Origin: Leptonemataceae bacterium
GTDB lineage: Bacteria; Spirochaetota; Leptospiria; Leptospirales; Leptonemataceae
DNA length: 64,000 nucleotides
Direction: 5' to 3'
NCBI GenBank assembly: GCA_965227295.1
Contig: OZ245742.1
Coordinates: 608,001-672,000 of the forward strand
Shown: positions 60,187 through 64,000 of the stretch, one piece after another
Numbering within the stretch: the first letter of the stretch is position 1
Layout: the number at the start of each line of letters is the position of its first letter
Position numbers and translations under genes: made by a program
The notes under the pieces: generated by a model
What the model was told of the DNA's origin: nothing
The model's database searches: none
The model's input: only the letters and a program-made list of their open reading frames with translations

Positions 60187-62033
60187 TCGCCGGGGATTAA
60201 CTTCGTTTCGCCTTCGATTAAACGGTCCCCGCGCTTGAATATGATTTTATACGCGCGATCCGCGGACGCGTCGGAAAGGAAACTCATGTAATCGTTGATG
60301 TCGTTGATCTTTTCTTCGCCCAGTTGCACGATGATGTCGCCGGACTGCAGGCCGGTCTGTTTCACCGGGGCCTTCTCGTTGACACTGCCGACTTCCAGGC
60401 CGCCGGCATTCGACTCGTAATTGCCGGGCATAATGCCCAGACGCACCCGAAACTCGAAAGCCGACCGCTGCGGCTCCGACGGCGCGCGCCGATACGATAA
60501 TCGTGTTTCGCCGCCGGCCGGATCGTGGAGGACCGCCAGCCCTTCGACTAATTTTAAGTTAAACTGAGTTACGTGAACGAGGCCTTCCAGGTTGATCGTT
60601 TCGAAATCGTCGTCGGGCGTATGATAATTTCGGTGCCCGCCCGTAAACACAAAGGCCACGGGAATCTTGCGCGTATAAAAGGGCGTGTGATCGCTCGGCC
60701 CGCTGCCGCCCTTTACCGTGCGCAGCTCCAGGCCTTCCGGAAAGTCCACGGCGGCGAAGGCTTCGCGGATCAACTTCTCCCAGCGCGCATCGGCACTCTG
60801 CGCGCCCTGCACCATGAGGCCTTTCTCTTTGCGCAGCCGACCGACCATGTCCAGGTTGATCATCGCGACGGTGTTTGCTTCGGCAAAAGCTTTGGATCGC
60901 ACGAAGTGCCGCGAACCGAAGAGGCCGCGCTCTTCGGCGTCGAAGTGCAGAAACAAAACGTTTACGCCGTCCGGCAACGTGGGAAGCTCAGCGCCGTCGG
61001 AGCGGTCTTGTTTCGAAAACGCCATGGCGACTTCCAGCACCGCCGCCGTGCCGGAGGCATTGTCATCGGCGCCGTTGTGAATCTTGCCGCGACCGCGCAG
61101 CGAAGAAAATTCGCCGAGCCCCAGGTGATCAAAGTGCGCGCCGATCACGATGATGCGATCGTTCTCTTTGCGCTCCCGCGCGTAAGCACCGACGTTATAA
61201 CCCGTAGATTTTTTTGAACCCCAGTCGGATTGCACGACGGCGCGTCCCATCTTACGCTGCTGCGCGCTCAGCTCTACGACTTCGCCTTTGCGCATGCGGT
61301 GCTCTGCATCCTTTAGAAAATCGAAAGACTCGTAGAACTTTTCGGGTTCCACAAATACGGCAATGGGACCGCGGGCGAAGTCCGTACGAAAATCACCGGG
61401 CTCGAGCGGATCGAAGCCGGGATGGCCGAGAAAGATGATGCCGGCCGCGCCCAGTTTCTTAAGGGCGGCGAACTTGGCGCGAAACGAGATGGCGCTCCGG
61501 TACTTCTCGTTCTTCGGGCCGCCCGGACCGTGCCGCAAACATACAACGATGCGCCCTTTGACCTCAAGGCCCTTCAGGTCGTTCCAGTCCGGCGCCTGCA
61601 AACAAAAGCCCGCGAAGATTGCTTCGGCTTCGGCCTTTCCCTGTTGAACAATGGGCAGCGGCTGCACTTCATCGTATTCAATCTTGCGCGCACCGTCCGG
61701 CGTCGTCAGCTCGACGCGGTTCTCTTCGCCCACGGCGACACCGGCCGTGAAATCAAAGCTCTGATAAAACGAAGGTTGCCCGTCGTCGTCCGTAAACGCG
61801 GGCGCGAGACCGCCGCCCTCGTAGCGCTCGACGAGAAAGTCCGCGGCCCGCCGGGCGTACACCGTACCGGACTCGCGACCGCGCAGGTTATCGTCGCTTA
61901 ACGTACGCACATAGAAGGTTAGATCGGACTGGCGGATCTCCGCGCGTTCGGGATGATGCGGGCCGCAACCCCAGGCGCAGACGCCGAGGAGCAGCAGTGC
62001 GGGGAGGAGGAGATGGGCACGGGGATCAGTCAT
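60183..62033 (-). CDS. M28 family peptidase lipoprotein with PA and PDZ domains
   Basis: Lipobox AWGC; GAHFDHLG, NGADDNASG, AEERGL.GS, SDH, YHTP.D; C-terminal RLGIMP PDZ. Confidence 0.93.
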   Translation of the reverse strand: MTDPRAHLLLPALLLLGVCAWGCGPHHPERAEIRQSDLTFYVRTLSDDNLRGRESGTVYARRAADFLVERYEGGGLAPAFTDDDGQPSFYQSFDFTAGVAVGEENRVELTTPDGARKIEYDEVQPLPIVQQGKAEAEAIFAGFCLQAPDWNDLKGLEVKGRIVVCLRHGPGGPKNEKYRSAISFRAKFAALKKLGAAGIIFLGHPGFDPLEPGDFRTDFARGPIAVFVEPEKFYESFDFLKDAEHRMRKGEVVELSAQQRKMGRAVVQSDWGSKKSTGYNVGAYARERKENDRIIVIGAHFDHLGLGEFSSLRGRGKIHNGADDNASGTAAVLEVAMAFSKQDRSDGAELPTLPDGVNVLFLHFDAEERGLFGSRHFVRSKAFAEANTVAMINLDMVGRLRKEKGLMVQGAQSADARWEKLIREAFAAVDFPEGLELRTVKGGSGPSDHTPFYTRKIPVAFVFTGGHRNYHTPDDDFETINLEGLVHVTQFNLKLVEGLAVLHDPAGGETRLSYRRAPSEPQRSAFEFRVRLGIMPGNYESNAGGLEVGSVNEKAPVKQTGLQSGDIIVQLGEEKINDINDYMSFLSDASADRAYKIIFKRGDRLIEGETKLIPGD

Positions 62034-63351
62034 CGGTGACGCTCGTTCTTAATCTTAAAGAATACAACAACGTGAGAATCAGCAAGACGGCAATGCACAG
62101 GTACGTCGTTTCGTAACCGAACGTCCAGTAGGCATAGGCGCCGGCCAGGGGACCAATGGCCCGCCCCAGGGAACCGGCGGAGCGCAACAGGCCGAGGCTC
62201 AGCCCCTGACGATCCGCCGGAGCGGCCAGGCTCGCCAGGCCGGCCAACGACGGCTGCACCAGGGACGCGGCCAGGGAAAACGGAAAGAGCACCACCAACG
62301 ACCAGGCCACCGACGGAGGCGTCCACGCGAAGAGATACATCGGCACCGGCAAGAGACCAAGACCGATCCACAAAAGATACTTTGACGGCAAACGTTTACT
62401 GAGCGCGCGCACCAGCCCGCCCTGGCCGATCACCAGTACCACGCCCAGATACAAAAAGACGAAGCCGATCTCCGCCGGGCTGAGACCGAATTCCAGCTTA
62501 TACAAAAACGTAAACGTAAACTCGTACGCGGAGAAGATGATGATATAGGCAAAGTTGATGAGCAGTACGTCGCCGAAACCGGGGAGCCGCAAATTTTCAA
62601 AGAGGCGCGCCACGGGATTCGCAATCCAGACGTGCTCGGAACCGCTGTGCACCGTAAACGTTTCCTGAAAGAACATCAGGTTGAATACGGCGCTGGCCGC
62701 GGATAACAAAAATGCCACCAGGGCCGGCGCCGAAAACGGATGCAGGACCTCGGGCCACAGACTCATCACCGATTCTGCCGGAAGCGCGCTTAATCCGCCG
62801 ATCACCGGGCCCACGATGAAGCCCATGCCGAAGGCCGCGCCCACCATGCCCATGGACTTCGTTCGCTCCTCGGGCGGCGTTATGTCCGCCATGGCGGCGG
62901 AAGCTACGCCCATATTGCCGGACATAAGCCCGCCGACAATACGCGAAATCGCGAACAGCGTAAAGCTCTGCGAAAAAAACCAGATTACGTACGAAGCCGC
63001 AAGCCCCGCGCTCGTGAGCAACAAGACCGGACGCCGGCCGATGCGATCCGAAAGCCGACCCCAGTACGGCGCCGCGAGAAACTGAATGAACGAGTAGAGG
63101 GCCGCGAGCACGCCGCCCAGCAGGATGATCAAATAGCCCCGATCGTCACGCCGATCCGCCGGGAGCATGGACTGAAGATAGTCGCCCGCGTCGATCAACC
63201 ATCCATCTCCGGCAAGGTGTTGCGCCTGCGCGAGATAATGTTCCAGCATCTCCGGTACGAGCGGGAAGATGAGCGTGAAGCCCATGAGATCGAGAAACAA
63301 AATCAGAAGCAACAGGACTTTGTTACGCGATGATGCGGGAGAGCCGGTCAT
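62026..63351 (-). CDS. MFS transporter (TetA/DHA1-like)
   Basis: LDLMGF.LIFP, WGRLSDRIGRRPVL (motif A), GAAFGMGFIVGP.IGG (motif C). Confidence 0.92.
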   Translation of the reverse strand: MTGSPASSRNKVLLLLILFLDLMGFTLIFPLVPEMLEHYLAQAQHLAGDGWLIDAGDYLQSMLPADRRDDRGYLIILLGGVLAALYSFIQFLAAPYWGRLSDRIGRRPVLLLTSAGLAASYVIWFFSQSFTLFAISRIVGGLMSGNMGVASAAMADITPPEERTKSMGMVGAAFGMGFIVGPVIGGLSALPAESVMSLWPEVLHPFSAPALVAFLLSAASAVFNLMFFQETFTVHSGSEHVWIANPVARLFENLRLPGFGDVLLINFAYIIIFSAYEFTFTFLYKLEFGLSPAEIGFVFLYLGVVLVIGQGGLVRALSKRLPSKYLLWIGLGLLPVPMYLFAWTPPSVAWSLVVLFPFSLAASLVQPSLAGLASLAAPADRQGLSLGLLRSAGSLGRAIGPLAGAYAYWTFGYETTYLCIAVLLILTLLYSLRLRTSVTDD

Positions 63352-63476
63352 GAAGATGCGAAACGTGAGGTGAGCTGGCGGCGCAAGACCGCAGAAACCA
63401 TGCTGAGATGCCGCGCACAGGGGCATACGAAAAAAATTGTTGTGTCCGTGGCGGGCCCCGGGATTACTCTGGTCCG

Positions 63477-64000
63477 GTGAGTTCCGGCGAAGCCATCAGC
63501 GTCGAAGCCCTTGAAGCTCAGGACCAACTCCTGCCCATCGGGCGGGACTATATCCCCACGGTCGAGAACCGCCTCCGGAACACCATCTACCGGCTCTTCG
63601 GCGAAGGTTCCGCGGACGGCAGCGCCGCCGACGAGCAGGAAATCAGCGACCGCGAACTGCTGGCCGAGGCCGTATTCTGGTCCATCGGCGAACTCATCAA
63701 CAACGCGAACAAGGCCAACAACCGCTGGGCCGTGCTGCGTCAGGCTTTGCACCAAAAAATCAAAAAACAGAACCCCATGGGGGACGATTCTCAGATCTAC
63801 AAAGACATCGACTACGCCATCCAGCACAACCAGACGGACATGCTCACGAAGTACGGCCTGGCGAACATCGACCTCACCGCTTCGATTTTGCGACTCATCG
63901 AAATGCACAAGACGAACTCCTTCGCGCTCTCGGAGAAGTTCGGCAAGAAGATCGACGTCACCCTGCGCGTGCGCAAGAAGTCCGGCTCACAGCTTCTGAC
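63477..64000 (+). CDS. Histidine-kinase-like ATPase domain protein, 3'-truncated by the window edge
   Basis: My translation from GTG 63477 is open to the end (VSSGEAISVEALEAQDQLL...FWSIGELINNANKANNRW...). ELINNA.KA resembles a GHKL N-box. Absent from the supplied ORF track. Confidence 0.6.
   Translation, partial: MSSGEAISVEALEAQDQLLPIGRDYIPTVENRLRNTIYRLFGEGSADGSAADEQEISDRELLAEAVFWSIGELINNANKANNRWAVLRQALHQKIKKQNPMGDDSQIYKDIDYAIQHNQTDMLTKYGLANIDLTASILRLIEMHKTNSFALSEKFGKKIDVTLRVRKKSGSQLL

Overview
High-GC bacterial chromosomal window, densely coding. The gene content points to a Leptospirales/Leptospiraceae-like spirochaete (inference from a DUF1564-like protein, a PlsC-GpsA fusion and spirochaete-style lipoproteins). 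Most of it is housekeeping or accessory metabolism: arsC-like reductase, CrtD-like desaturase, osmoprotectant ABC transporter, OPT, class II photolyase, ribBA, hisC, hflX, HU, dusA, oxoprolinase, M23/M28 peptidases and bactofilins. No rRNA, tRNA, CRISPR array, transposase or integrase was seen. The most notable items are: (1) an orphan ~4.8 kb DUF6519-type tail-fibre/adhesin gene with three tandem tail-collar-like modules, broken out of frame near 12000; (2) a Doc toxin whose partner is a 216-aa protein ending in a typical antitoxin peptide; (3) an ODP-like di-iron sensor upstream of a sensorless adenylate cyclase; (4) two tandem CsgG/HfaB-like lipoproteins without curli genes; (5) an OmpA-like/TM/small-HhH fusion with an internal ribosome-binding site; and (6) a structured Flavo-1-like intergenic element. 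All family assignments come from motif recognition by eye; no searches were run.
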